Assembly (NCBI GenBank): GCA_048937405.1
Contig: JBHLNF010000003.1
Location: 192,001-256,000 of the forward strand
Direction of reading: 5' to 3'
Origin: Promethearchaeota archaeon
GTDB lineage: Archaea; Asgardarchaeota; Lokiarchaeia; Sigyniarchaeales; SOKP01
DNA length: 64,000 bases
Part shown: piece after piece, positions 20,316 through 31,053 of the stretch
Layout of the letters: each line of letters begins with the position of its first letter
Position numbering within the stretch: the first letter of the stretch is position 1
Notes under the pieces: generated by a model
Told to the model about the DNA's origin: nothing
Databases searched by the model: none
What the model saw: only the letters and a program-made list of their open reading frames with translations
Position numbers and translations under genes: made by a program

Positions 20316-20810
20316 TTACAAAATTTTTTGGTAAAATACTACATCAATTAATCTTCCAAACTTCATTCCAATTTCTTTTAAATGGGCACACTTTTCAAAA
20401 TTATTTTTTTCAAAAAATTTAATACTCCCTTTATTTTCTTCACTTATTACAGCTATTAAAACATGGAAGTTCTGTTTTTTTGCAAATTCTTCTGCGTATT
20501 TTAAGGATAACGTACCAATTCCTCTACCAATATAATTTTTATCTAAATATATTGAAATCTCTGCTGTACCATCATAAGCTCCACGATTTTTATATTGTCC
20601 AATTGAAACATATCCACAAATGTTATCATTATCTTGAATTATAAAAGATTTATAACACGGTTTTTTAAATAAAAAACTCTCTTTCATTTCATTTATTTTA
20701 AGAGGTTCTATTTGAAATGTTGCAGTAGTATTTAAAACATAGTGATTATAAATTTTTAAAACATAAGGCAAATCTTCTTCTTTAAGTTCTATAAAATTAT
20801 AATTATGCAT
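20316..20810 (-). CDS. GNAT N-acetyltransferase (phosphinothricin acetyltransferase/YncA-like)
   Basis: IYNHYVLNTTATF, GRGIGT, EIGMKFGRLIDV. Confidence 0.9.
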   Translation of the reverse strand: MHNYNFIELKEEDLPYVLKIYNHYVLNTTATFQIEPLKINEMKESFLFKKPCYKSFIIQDNDNICGYVSIGQYKNRGAYDGTAEISIYLDKNYIGRGIGTLSLKYAEEFAKKQNFHVLIAVISEENKGSIKFFEKNNFEKCAHLKEIGMKFGRLIDVVFYQKIL

Positions 20811-20855
20811 TGATCTAGAATTGGTCTAATGTATCAATTAAATTATCTTAAGGAT

Positions 20856-21719
20856 TTAAGAATATTTTTTTTCTATTTTTATTAATAACTTCCCCGCTGC
20901 TTTAAGACTTGTTAGTTGTAACCATCCTAACAACCACCACCATCTTGGAACAAAAATTTCTCTTTTGTATTTACGTGAAGCTTTCAAAACTGCTTTTGCT
21001 ACTTCTTTCACTTCTACATATTTATATAAAATTCCATGTTTTTGGTATTTTTCAATCCAATCTTTCATTTTTGAAGTAGATTCCCAAAATTTTGTCTTTG
21101 TTGGAGCTGGACAAATAGTAATCACTTGAATATTGTGGTTCAGCATTTTATATTCTAATCGAATAGAATTTGCTAAACCAACAATTGCATATTTACTCAT
21201 TGAGTAGGCTGCCATATTTGGAATACCTGTTTTCCCCGCAGAACTTGAAGAGAAGATAAGTTGTCCTTCTTTACAATCTGGATACTTTTTTGTAGGAGTA
21301 GGACGTCCTATATATGGTAACGCTGCTTGAAGTACTAACCACATCCCATCAACATTTATAGACATAACTTTTCGATATTCTTCAAAGGTTCCTCCATTAG
21401 TAATTGAACAAGTGGTTCCTATACCTGCATTGTTATACAAAATATCAATATAATGCTCTTTTTCTCCAATATCTTTTATTACAGTTTCAATTTGTTCTCG
21501 ATTTGTAAGATCAAATTCATAAGTTTCAACAAATTCTGCTCCTAAATTTAGTAATTCTTCTTTTAATTCATTCAAGGGAGAATTAGGAAGGTCCAACAAG
21601 AATATTCGCATTCCTAAAGGTGCAAACTGACGACAAACCTCTCTTCCGATATCACCAGTTGCTCCTGTTATTATAAATACTTTACTTTTATACCATTTCT
21701 TTTTCATTATAAAAACCAA
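20856..21719 (-). CDS. Short-chain dehydrogenase/reductase
   Basis: TGATGDIG, NNAG and catalytic YSMSK motifs. Confidence 0.9.
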   Translation of the reverse strand: MVFIMKKKWYKSKVFIITGATGDIGREVCRQFAPLGMRIFLLDLPNSPLNELKEELLNLGAEFVETYEFDLTNREQIETVIKDIGEKEHYIDILYNNAGIGTTCSITNGGTFEEYRKVMSINVDGMWLVLQAALPYIGRPTPTKKYPDCKEGQLIFSSSSAGKTGIPNMAAYSMSKYAIVGLANSIRLEYKMLNHNIQVITICPAPTKTKFWESTSKMKDWIEKYQKHGILYKYVEVKEVAKAVLKASRKYKREIFVPRWWWLLGWLQLTSLKAAGKLLIKIEKKYS

Positions 21720-21747
21720 ATAACTATTTTAGAGAATAAAATCCATT

Positions 21748-22467
21748 TTACGTAAAAATATTAGCTAAATAATTACCATTCTCTTCTTTATAGAGAATTT
21801 TGCATAATAATCCTACTTTTTGAGCACATTCTTTAAGAGTGTCAGGATCTATGTATAAAAGTTGAAATTTTTCTCCTAATTTACCTTTGTATTTTATTTG
21901 GCAACCTATTTCACCAATATATCGTCCAAATTTACGATTTCTTTCGTGATAATCAAGATGAATCTTTTCTTTAGTTGCACGAATATCAATAGAATCGAAT
22001 AATATAATCCCGCTAGGATTTAGGAGAGTTTTACAATAATTCAAAAATTTTTTCATTCCATTTAGGTTCTCGACGAATCCTATTGAACGCCCTAAAAGAA
22101 GTATTGTATCAAAAGAATCCAGGTCCAAATCATAAATGTTAGAACAATGCACATGTTTAACTCCTTGTTGTTTCATAATTTCACAAGCCTGAGGTGAAAT
22201 ATCTAGTGCATGAACCTCCAGACCTATTTTCTGAAGTTCAAGACTATGCGGTCCCACTCCAGCTCCAATATCTAATATTTTACCCTTACATAATTCTAAT
22301 GCTTGTTTTTCCAAATTTGAAAAATAATTAGATGTCCTAAAAAAAGTACGTATAAGAAGCTCACTTTTTAATCCATCATCTCGATAAAAAATTACTTTTG
22401 CTCTTTTTTTACCACTATAAAAATCTTTAAGTGCTAAACCAAGAGGTTCCATTGCTTTTAGCATCAT
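21748..22467 (-). CDS. Class I SAM-dependent methyltransferase
   Basis: ILDIGAGVGPHS, ALDIS, FDTILLLG. Confidence 0.9.
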   Translation of the reverse strand: MMLKAMEPLGLALKDFYSGKKRAKVIFYRDDGLKSELLIRTFFRTSNYFSNLEKQALELCKGKILDIGAGVGPHSLELQKIGLEVHALDISPQACEIMKQQGVKHVHCSNIYDLDLDSFDTILLLGRSIGFVENLNGMKKFLNYCKTLLNPSGIILFDSIDIRATKEKIHLDYHERNRKFGRYIGEIGCQIKYKGKLGEKFQLLYIDPDTLKECAQKVGLLCKILYKEENGNYLANIFT

Positions 22468-22487
22468 TTTTAGTTTTATCTAGAATT

Positions 22488-22871
22488 TTATACCCCCTTT
22501 TTTACTACACCATTAAAGGAAGAAAATTGATTGAAAAGTGCTTTCGTATTTCCTTCAATTTTAGCAAAAATATTGACGGGACTAGCAGCAACTGGCTTAT
22601 CACTTGAACTTGCAGGAGTAGGACCCCAAAAAATACAGAATCCTTTACCACTTATCCAATATCCAACATCTCCTACATCACACTCAATCTGAGAGTTTTC
22701 TTCAGGTATTTCTACAGGACAATTACCATATAGCTCTTCACCCCATCTGGATAAATTTACTTCAAATGGTAGAGCATCCCAAATCGCTTGGCAAGTCTTA
22801 GGATTTTTATGCAGCAGCAATTTTGCTTTAATTTTTCCTATTTTCTTATTTTCAATGAAGATAAATTCCAT
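22488..22871 (-). CDS. Cyclophilin-like fold protein (archaeal DUF369 type)
   Basis: PKTCQAIWDALP, RWGEELY, GDVGYW, FCIFWGPTP, ASPVNIF. Confidence 0.8.
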   Translation of the reverse strand: MEFIFIENKKIGKIKAKLLLHKNPKTCQAIWDALPFEVNLSRWGEELYGNCPVEIPEENSQIECDVGDVGYWISGKGFCIFWGPTPASSSDKPVAASPVNIFAKIEGNTKALFNQFSSFNGVVKKGV

Positions 22872-22984
22872 ATCTATTCAATCAAATTTGATATTAAAAA
22901 TGTTTAAGATTTCTTATTATTTAAAGAAATATCCTTAAATAATTTTAGAAAGTAATAATTTGGAAAAAAAAGGAGAAAAAAATC

Positions 22985-23384
22985 CTAATAAAGATGATTA
23001 ACTTCAATAGGCTTATACTTCCTGTTCAAATAAATAAAAAAGATTATCCAGAGGATTAGTATTAAAAAATAAGCATATCGAAAGCAAAAGAATATTCCCC
23101 ATGTTATTATCAATGGAATTATAAATCTAACTTTTAAATTGTTACTTTTATCATTTCTAAGCGAGAGATTTTTATAATCAAAGAATATTGACATAAAAGG
23201 AGCTAATAAGATCCAGTAAAATTCCATCATAAGTTTCTAATTCATCAATGGAAGAATTCCCGTTAACTACTGATGTTATCATTTCAGAAGGGTAGGAAAA
23301 ATGAATAATAAATCCTATAATTGCAGTGATAATTCCTGCTGTTAACAATATTTTATTTTTTTTCTCAATATTAATATGAAGCAT
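22985..23384 (-). pseudogene. Small membrane protein gene, apparently split by a frameshift
   Basis: Two overlapping hydrophobic ORFs (23178-23384 and 22985-23230) would join into one multi-TM protein with a single frame change near 23235. Confidence 0.35.
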
Positions 23385-23466
23385 ATATCAAAACAAATAT
23401 AAATCTCTTAAAAAATCCTCATGAAGGAAAGTGAAAAATAAAAATTTTGAGTTTTTTTGGATTAAT

Positions 23467-24501
23467 CTATTGAGTAGTAACTCTAACTAAAAACAATGAT
23501 GGATCTTTTAGAATATAAAGAGTCTTGTTGGACAGTTTTTTTCTTGATAAAATATCAAGATCTTCTAATTTTTGAATGTATTTTGTAACAGTATTTGGAT
23601 GCATCTTTAAATCTTTTGAGATTCTATACTTTGAAGAGCCATTAGGTTTTTTTTTTAGATAGTAAATTATCTTTAGGGTTCTCTCCCTACCCATAAAATG
23701 TAAGAATCTTGCTTTTTTTTCTGAATACCTTGAATCATAATAGAGCTCTCTATTCTCCATCTTTGTTTTTTTGATATAATCAAATTTCAAAAGCATATTT
23801 AAATGCCATTTTACTAAAAATATTGACATTCCTAATAGACTAATAATCTTCATAAAATGAATTCCAGGTTTATTTAAAATTAAATTGTATATCATAAACC
23901 GATTTGGATTTTTAAGAATTTCATCTCGAATAAACTTAGAACCATCCACTAACATATTTTTTTTTATTAAGTTAGCAATGGTTATTTCAATTCCATTCTT
24001 ATTTAAAGATAATTCACTTTTGGATAATCTGGCACTTAAATGTGGAATAATCTTGTCTATTTCAAAATATCGATTCTTGGCAAGATATTCTTGAACTAAG
24101 TTTAATATATGAATTTCTTGCTCTGAAAGGTTATTATTTAATCCATAATTGGATTCTTCTTCTCTAACATCAGACCTACTTGATTTGTTATATTTCTTGA
24201 TGACAATTGCAATATTTATAATTAAGAAGATACCAGTAAAAGTTATTCCTCTTCTAAGTGAATTATCAATTGATAATTCCGAAGTTGTGATACCTAAAAA
24301 TAGGTAAGACTTAAATCTATATTTAAAAAAGTCGTCTTGCTCATTAAAGAGTAAATTTTGATTCGAAGCTTCTTTTAAGATAATATCTTCATCAGAATTT
24401 GTATAATTCTGAGAGATCAAAAAGCTTGTACCTGAAATGAAGAAAATAATAACTAATAAGAATTTTAAACTAAAACCTTTCCTCAATTTAAAGTATTTCA
24501 T
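23467..24501 (-). CDS. Membrane-anchored winged-helix (ArsR/MarR-like) transcriptional regulator
   Basis: Two hydrophobic segments, then NPNRFMIYNLILNKPGIHF...WHLNMLLKF and ISKDLKMHPNTVTKYIQKLED wHTH units. Confidence 0.8.
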   Translation of the reverse strand: MKYFKLRKGFSLKFLLVIIFFISGTSFLISQNYTNSDEDIILKEASNQNLLFNEQDDFFKYRFKSYLFLGITTSELSIDNSLRRGITFTGIFLIINIAIVIKKYNKSSRSDVREEESNYGLNNNLSEQEIHILNLVQEYLAKNRYFEIDKIIPHLSARLSKSELSLNKNGIEITIANLIKKNMLVDGSKFIRDEILKNPNRFMIYNLILNKPGIHFMKIISLLGMSIFLVKWHLNMLLKFDYIKKTKMENRELYYDSRYSEKKARFLHFMGRERTLKIIYYLKKKPNGSSKYRISKDLKMHPNTVTKYIQKLEDLDILSRKKLSNKTLYILKDPSLFLVRVTTQ

Positions 24502-24987
24502 TTATAAAAACTATAAATTTTTTTACCAATTAAAACTAACTATTGAGAGAAAATAACAACCAATACTTAATAAAAAGAAGTATCCAAATTTCTTTAAATA
24601 ACCACCATGTAGTAAAGTGATCAGTTAAAGGTTTCATAATAAATTCTGATTCCATAAATATAATATAATAATAGATGAAATTTAGATGATAATACGAAAT
24701 AATCCGAAGATTATCCAAAAAATACCAGTAAATCTAATATATTTATTGATTTCTATAGATAATAAATTCTTTTTATTTAAAAAGATGATAGTTTTGCTAC
24801 TTTTACCTATATAACTAAAATAGTATCAATAGAGAATTAAATAACATTTTTAAGAGATTCAGTAAATATATAAACTGTATATTAATCAATGAATTTTTGC
24901 ATTAATTTTTTTATAAAATTTAGGTTATATATGTTATATCTCTTTTCCCATTCAAAAAATAGAAATTAAAAAAATTAGGTATAAATA

Positions 24988-27960
24988 ATGAAAATAATAA
25001 AAAAAAAGCAATTTGAGATCCTATTCTTAATAATATCTTTGAATGCATTATTTGTTTCAGCACTATTTACATATCAAGTAATACCTGGTTTTAAGCAATT
25101 CGCGCCAATAAATCCAGAGGTCAATAATTTTCCCAGTGATCTTGATAGAAGACAATTTTTTTCAAATGTTAAAAGTAATAACCTATTATCAAAGCAAAAA
25201 AATAATCAAGATTTATTGGAGAAAAGAGAATTAGAACCAGGTTGTGCAGAGATTAATTTATTAAAATCCACTAATGATGGAATTGAAATAGAATTTTTAT
25301 TAACTGACTTGATAATTGAAAATATAAGTTCGTCTGCTGGAGACCTTTATCAGAAATTAAATCTAGTTGGGGGTGGATATTTAGCTGATATTGGGAAACC
25401 GGAGTTACCTACAAAAGGGATCTATTTAGATATCCCAGAAGATGTTGAAATTGAGTTAAATGTGAAAAGTACTGAATTTCATGAAGAAGAAGGATATAAT
25501 ATTTATCCATGCCAACCTTCTAGTTTAGATTACGAAAATGAGATAAAATCATTGGAGAAGGATATGGAAACATATCAGATTGATTCCTTTTACCCAAATG
25601 AAATCACTGGAATTATAGATATAGGAATAATACGATCACATCATTCTATTCTTTTAATCATTTGTCCAGTTAGATATAATCCTGTTGAACAAAAAATTAG
25701 ATTATATACCAAGATTTTAATTGAAATAAATTATTCTCCATTAAATTCCGATTCTATGGACTCGACTTCAAATGTGAGAAGTAGATCAAAATATGTTTCA
25801 AAGGTTTTTGAATCTATGTTTGAAGATGTTTTTCTTAATTATCAATCTCCCTCTGACTTTGAGTATGTTCATCATTTATCAAATGGAGTTGGTGGAGATG
25901 ATTTTGATGGAGCAGATTATCTTATTGTTACTCCTGATCAATTTTATGAAAGTATTCTACCTCTCGCGCAAAATAAAGAATTAAAAGGACTTACAACTGC
26001 AATTGTTAATTTATCAACTATAGGTGTAAGTCCAAGTGCCGATAATATTAGTGATTATATTCAAAACGCATATGATACATGGGATCCTGTCCCTACATAT
26101 GTGCTTTTAGTTGGTGATACTGATTTTTTACCTGTACATTACAAAAATCAACATCCTTATTATACATCACAATTGGTAGCAAGTGATCTTTATTATTCAA
26201 CGGTAGATGGAAGTGATTATTTTCCAGATTTATTTGTTGGAAGATTACCAGTTCAAACTAACGATGAATTAGATATAATAGTTGATAAAATTGTAAATTA
26301 TGAAGAGAATATAGATCCTGCGGATACTTGGCGTAATAAGGTGTTATTGGCAGCTTATGAACAATCAGGAAGATTTTTTATTAACACTTCTGAACAAATT
26401 AGACAATATCTTGAAACAGAAGGATTTATTTGCGATACAGTCTATACAGGTGGATCATATACAGGAACAACAGCAGATATAATAAATTGTATTAATGAGG
26501 GCACATTTCTAGTAAATCATCGAAACCATGGCGATGTTGATGGTTGGTCTAACCCAAGATTCGATATTTCAGATATAAATTCACTCACTAATGGAGATAT
26601 GCTCCCTGTTATGTTTTCGATTAATTGTTTAAGTGGATGTTTTGATCAAATGCAAGACTGCTTTGGAGAGGCAATATTAAAAGCAGAAAATAAAGGAGTA
26701 GTTGGATATATCGGTTCGACAAGAGTGAGTTATAGTGGCTATAATGATGAACTAGACAAGGGATTAATAACATCTATTTGGCCTGAATTTACTTCAGGTT
26801 ATACTAATTATGTAGGAAATTCTGATAAATTAGGACCAATTTTAAATTTTGGGAAAATTTATATGTATGATAAATATGTACTTACAGGAGGTTCATACTA
26901 TGGCTGGACTCCAACTCCTGAAGTAACTCTATGCGAATTTGAAGAATTCAATCTTTTAGGTGATCCTGAATTTTCTTTATTTCCTTCTAGACCAATAAAT
27001 AATCCACCATATACACCAACTAATCCCTTCCCTCCTAATGGAACCGTTGGAATTCCCACCAATACAATTCTAAGTGTAGATGTATCAGATCCCGAAGGTG
27101 ATAGCATGAATATCTCATTTTACGACGCTTCTGATGATAGCTTGATAAACTCTACGTATGGAGTACTTAGTGGGGGAACAGCCGAAATTAATTGGTTTGG
27201 GCTTAACGGAAATACTAACTATCAATGGTATGTGATTATTAATGATGGCAAAAATATTACTCAATCAGGAACATGGTCGTTTACTACTGAAAATAATGCT
27301 CCTGATGCCCCATCTAATCCCACTCCTATAGATGGTGCTATTGGTGTGTCTGTTAATCCTACATTAAGTGTAGATATATCAGATCCAGATAATGATACCA
27401 TGAGTATCTCATTTTATGATGCTTCTGACGATAGCTTGATAAATTCTATGTATGGAGTAATTAGTGGGGGAACTGCTTCTACTGGTTGGTTTGGGCTTTC
27501 AGAAGGCAAAATTTATGGTTGGTATGTAATAGTTACAGATGGATCTTCTTCTACAACCTCATCTATATGGAAGTTTACTATTTTAAATAACGATCCTATC
27601 TGGGATCAACTCATCACAGACCAAATTATTGAATATGGAAATTCTCTTAATTATGATATAAATGCTTCCGATTTATCAGGTATTGCATCATATTGGGTTA
27701 ATGATACAACTAATTTTTATATCGATGGTAATGGTATCTTGATTAATACATCAATACTAACTCCTGGAACTTATTGGTTAGAAATAAGAGCTTATGATCC
27801 ATACGATAACTATTGTACCAAAATTTTTAGTATTATAGTAGAAGAACCTGAAGAACCGATAGATCTTGGAATTCCCGGATTTAATATAATTATTCTAATC
27901 AGTTCGATTTCTGTTATTTTTTTGATATTGATAAAAACTAAGAAGAAATACCTAAATTAA
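24988..27960 (+). CDS. Gingipain-like C25 cysteine peptidase with two tandem Ig-like repeats and a Loki-CTERM-like sorting tail
   Basis: Signal peptide; GKPELP; YVLLVGD, ASDLYY, FVGRLP; VNHRNHG and FSINCLSG dyad region; FNLLGDP; repeated ISFYDASDDSLINS.YGV.SGGTA; C-terminal GIPGF + TM + KTKKK. Confidence 0.9.
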   Translation: MKIIKKKQFEILFLIISLNALFVSALFTYQVIPGFKQFAPINPEVNNFPSDLDRRQFFSNVKSNNLLSKQKNNQDLLEKRELEPGCAEINLLKSTNDGIEIEFLLTDLIIENISSSAGDLYQKLNLVGGGYLADIGKPELPTKGIYLDIPEDVEIELNVKSTEFHEEEGYNIYPCQPSSLDYENEIKSLEKDMETYQIDSFYPNEITGIIDIGIIRSHHSILLIICPVRYNPVEQKIRLYTKILIEINYSPLNSDSMDSTSNVRSRSKYVSKVFESMFEDVFLNYQSPSDFEYVHHLSNGVGGDDFDGADYLIVTPDQFYESILPLAQNKELKGLTTAIVNLSTIGVSPSADNISDYIQNAYDTWDPVPTYVLLVGDTDFLPVHYKNQHPYYTSQLVASDLYYSTVDGSDYFPDLFVGRLPVQTNDELDIIVDKIVNYEENIDPADTWRNKVLLAAYEQSGRFFINTSEQIRQYLETEGFICDTVYTGGSYTGTTADIINCINEGTFLVNHRNHGDVDGWSNPRFDISDINSLTNGDMLPVMFSINCLSGCFDQMQDCFGEAILKAENKGVVGYIGSTRVSYSGYNDELDKGLITSIWPEFTSGYTNYVGNSDKLGPILNFGKIYMYDKYVLTGGSYYGWTPTPEVTLCEFEEFNLLGDPEFSLFPSRPINNPPYTPTNPFPPNGTVGIPTNTILSVDVSDPEGDSMNISFYDASDDSLINSTYGVLSGGTAEINWFGLNGNTNYQWYVIINDGKNITQSGTWSFTTENNAPDAPSNPTPIDGAIGVSVNPTLSVDISDPDNDTMSISFYDASDDSLINSMYGVISGGTASTGWFGLSEGKIYGWYVIVTDGSSSTTSSIWKFTILNNDPIWDQLITDQIIEYGNSLNYDINASDLSGIASYWVNDTTNFYIDGNGILINTSILTPGTYWLEIRAYDPYDNYCTKIFSIIVEEPEEPIDLGIPGFNIIILISSISVIFLILIKTKKKYLN

Positions 27961-28151
27961 TTAACTTCATTTTTTTCTCTTTAATTTTTATCTATATATC
28001 CTACATTATAAATTATTAAAATTAGAAAAGATAATTCTCTCCAAGAAAAATCAAATGATATAAAATTCCTATTGGATTTATTCAAATATTCATTTAAATT
28101 AATATTTGATAATATTTAATTTGGGTAAAATAATTTTTAAGAGTTAAACTG

Positions 28152-28964
28152 ATGATATTAGAAGAAACTGTTGACTTAATTAAGCAAATTTACAAGATTA
28201 ATCAAATTATATTTCCCAAAATAAATAATGTTGTAGTTGGCTTAGGATATACTTGTGTAGAAGTTTATGTTCATGCTCATAAATCTTTTCTAGGCTTAGC
28301 ATCAATTTTACCAAATGTAATTACCAATACAGATTGTAGTAAAATCAATTTTGCTGGTGAACTTACAAATTATTCGATAGAGGAGCTTTTAAATTGGTCC
28401 TTTGAAGCACCTAATCTGAAAAAAATTATAGGGATCGCAGCATTGAATGCTGTTTCTCAACATGTTTTAAAATTTATGAACACTTATAGAAAAGTTGAAA
28501 ATAACATACTGAAGCTACTTAATATCCATGAAACTACCAAGGTAACGTTCATCGGATTAATGAAACCGATAATAAGAAATATTGCTGAAACCTCAAAACA
28601 AATTACAATCATAGAAGATTCAATATCAATATCACCAGAATTTAAGAAATTTAAAAATACAAATAATCTTAACCAATTAGAGGAAAATGATCTACATACG
28701 GATATATTATTTTGCACAGGATCTGCATTAATAAATAATACCCTTGAATCAATCTTGGAAAAATTTAAAAGAAAAGCTCAGAAAATAATTTTAATTGGTC
28801 CAACTGCGAGTTTGATTCCCGATATTTTATTCGATTATGGAGTAGATATAGTTTGTGGAATGGAAATCTTTGATTCCAGAGCAACAATGAAAGTTGTGCA
28901 AGAAGGAGGAGGTACTAAATTATTTAAAAAATATGGAAAAAAATATAACTTAATTAAGGATTAA
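28152..28964 (+). CDS. DUF364 / Rossmann-like domain protein
   Basis: IGIAALNA, CTGSALINNTLE, LIGPTAS.IPD.LF..GVD..CG. Confidence 0.75.
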   Translation: MILEETVDLIKQIYKINQIIFPKINNVVVGLGYTCVEVYVHAHKSFLGLASILPNVITNTDCSKINFAGELTNYSIEELLNWSFEAPNLKKIIGIAALNAVSQHVLKFMNTYRKVENNILKLLNIHETTKVTFIGLMKPIIRNIAETSKQITIIEDSISISPEFKKFKNTNNLNQLEENDLHTDILFCTGSALINNTLESILEKFKRKAQKIILIGPTASLIPDILFDYGVDIVCGMEIFDSRATMKVVQEGGGTKLFKKYGKKYNLIKD

Positions 28965-29101
28965 GTTGTTTTATTTTATTGTAGTTTTTCAACTATTTTC
29001 ATATCGTTTCGAATAGGAATAGAATAATAATTATAATTACATTACTTTAATTTTAATAAATTTAAGGATTTTATTTAATTGGTTAGGATGGTACATAAAA
29101 A

Positions 29102-29632
29102 ATGTCTCAACTAATATACACTTTTAAAACAATAATAATTGGTCCAGCAGCAGTAGGAAAATCTAGTCTTATACGTAGATTTGTAGAAAATAAATTTTCT
29201 TTACATTATAAATTCACGATTGGGGTTGATTTTTTAACAAAAGAGGTTGAATTCGAAACAGGAAAGATTTCTAAACTTACATTGTGGGATATAGGTGGAC
29301 AAGACCGTTTTAAGGTATTGCGTAAAAGTTTTTATGAAGGAACCAATGGAGCGATTGCTGTATTTGATCTTTCAAGAGCTCAAACTTTTTCAAAAATGAA
29401 AGAATGGGTCTCAGATGCTCGTCAAACTATTGAAACTAATTTTCCGGTTGTTATAATTGGTAATAAATCTGATTTAATTCCGGATATTGGGTTAGTTATT
29501 GATCGAAATGAGGTTAAACAATTCGCTGAGAAAGAAAAAACTATATATATTGAAACTTCTGCTAAAACAGGAGATAATGTTGAAGAAGCTTTTCTTGAAC
29601 TTACAAAACGAATGATAAAAGAATGTTCCTAG
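29102..29632 (+). CDS. Rab-like small GTPase (Ras superfamily)
   Basis: GPAAVGKSS, TIGVDF, WDIGGQDRF, NKSD, ETSAKTG. Confidence 0.95.
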   Translation: MSQLIYTFKTIIIGPAAVGKSSLIRRFVENKFSLHYKFTIGVDFLTKEVEFETGKISKLTLWDIGGQDRFKVLRKSFYEGTNGAIAVFDLSRAQTFSKMKEWVSDARQTIETNFPVVIIGNKSDLIPDIGLVIDRNEVKQFAEKEKTIYIETSAKTGDNVEEAFLELTKRMIKECS

Positions 29633-29845
29633 TTCTTAAGTAAGATAAAATTTACTATTACCTTAGTTTAACCATATATTTTTTATTTTTTTTAATATCC
29701 ATAAATCTACTAATTTTGTTCTCTAAGCTATTTTATTTAATTTTTTGCAGATTTGGGATAGATTTCAATTTGAATATCTAATAACATGAATATAAATTGA
29801 TGAATTCTTATTCTTAGTCTATATAGAAAATTATATTGTTTTCTA

Positions 29846-30370
29846 ATGACGGAATATACCTTTAAGATACTAGTTATTGGACCTGCTGCAGTAGGAAAAT
29901 CTAGTTTAATACGACGATTTGTTGATAATGAGTTTTCATTACAATATAAATTCACTATTGGTGTGGATTTTATGACAAAGAATATTATTAATAGACAAAA
30001 TCAAAGTATTAGACTAACTATTTGGGATATAGGGGGCCAAGATCGATTCAAAGTATTACTCCGGAGTTTTTACGATGGTGCTCATGGGGCAATTGTAGTT
30101 TTTGATCTCTCAAGACCTTATACATATTTAAAGATGAAAGATTGGATTTCTGATATGTACAAAATAATGCAAAAAAGAATTCCTATTGTGATACTAGGAA
30201 ATAAACTTGATCTGATAAGTGAAATTGGTGAAACAATAGATCGAAATGAACTTTTTCAATATACTGAAAAAGAACGTTATTTTTATTTAGAAACATCTGC
30301 TAAAACAGGTGAAAATGTAGAAAATGCTTTTACAGAAATTACTCAAAGAATTTTAGATAAAAATTATTAA
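29846..30370 (+). CDS. Rab-like small GTPase
   Basis: GPAAVGKSS, TIGVDF, WDIGGQDRF, NKLD, ETSAKTG. Confidence 0.95.
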   Translation: MTEYTFKILVIGPAAVGKSSLIRRFVDNEFSLQYKFTIGVDFMTKNIINRQNQSIRLTIWDIGGQDRFKVLLRSFYDGAHGAIVVFDLSRPYTYLKMKDWISDMYKIMQKRIPIVILGNKLDLISEIGETIDRNELFQYTEKERYFYLETSAKTGENVENAFTEITQRILDKNY

Positions 30371-30507
30371 TTTTTAATCTTAAAAAGTTCGTTTTATAAT
30401 GATTAAAATGAATTAAAGGCATTTTTTTTTTCTATTTAAATTCAATGGTTTAGAAAATTTTAAAATATCAAACTAAGATAATTTAATAAAAGTAGCTTTG
30501 ATACAAA

Positions 30508-31044
30508 ATGACGCTTTATGTATTTAAAGTTTTAATAATAGGGCCAGGAGCAGTAGGGAAAACTTCACTTTTACACAGATTTGTGGAAAATAAGTTCTCT
30601 TTTCGGTATAAATTAACGATTGGAGCGGATTTTTTAGCTAAAGTTATTCAAGATCATCCAAAACCAGGATCAACAATAAAAATGCAAATTTGGGATATTG
30701 GAGGTCAAGAACGATATAAATTCCTAAGATCCAGCTTTTTTGATGGTGCCAATGGAGCCCTAATAGTATTCGATTTATCTCGATGGCATACATTTGAAGA
30801 AATTGATGAATGGTTATCAGATTTATATGAATATGCAGGTAAAGATGTTCCTTTTGCGTTAATTGGAAATAAGGCAGATCTAATTAACTCAAAAGACGAA
30901 CTTTATGAACGAGAAAGCGCACAAGTATTTGCTAAGAAAGAAAAAACATTTTATGTTGAAACTTCTGCAAAAACAGGCGAAAAAGTAGAGGATGCTTTCT
31001 TGAATTTGGCAGAATTAATGATTAAAAAGATTAATCCTGATTAA
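30508..31044 (+). CDS. Rab-like small GTPase
   Basis: GPGAVGKTS, TIGADF, WDIGGQERY, NKAD, ETSAKTG. Confidence 0.95.
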   Translation: MTLYVFKVLIIGPGAVGKTSLLHRFVENKFSFRYKLTIGADFLAKVIQDHPKPGSTIKMQIWDIGGQERYKFLRSSFFDGANGALIVFDLSRWHTFEEIDEWLSDLYEYAGKDVPFALIGNKADLINSKDELYERESAQVFAKKEKTFYVETSAKTGEKVEDAFLNLAELMIKKINPD

Positions 31045-31053
31045 ATTGTTTGT

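Noticed and set aside
24536-24718. 60-aa hydrophobic ORF
   Set aside because: It is a low-complexity AT-rich ORF with no motif or clear SD; I cannot support it as a gene, though it may be a remnant.
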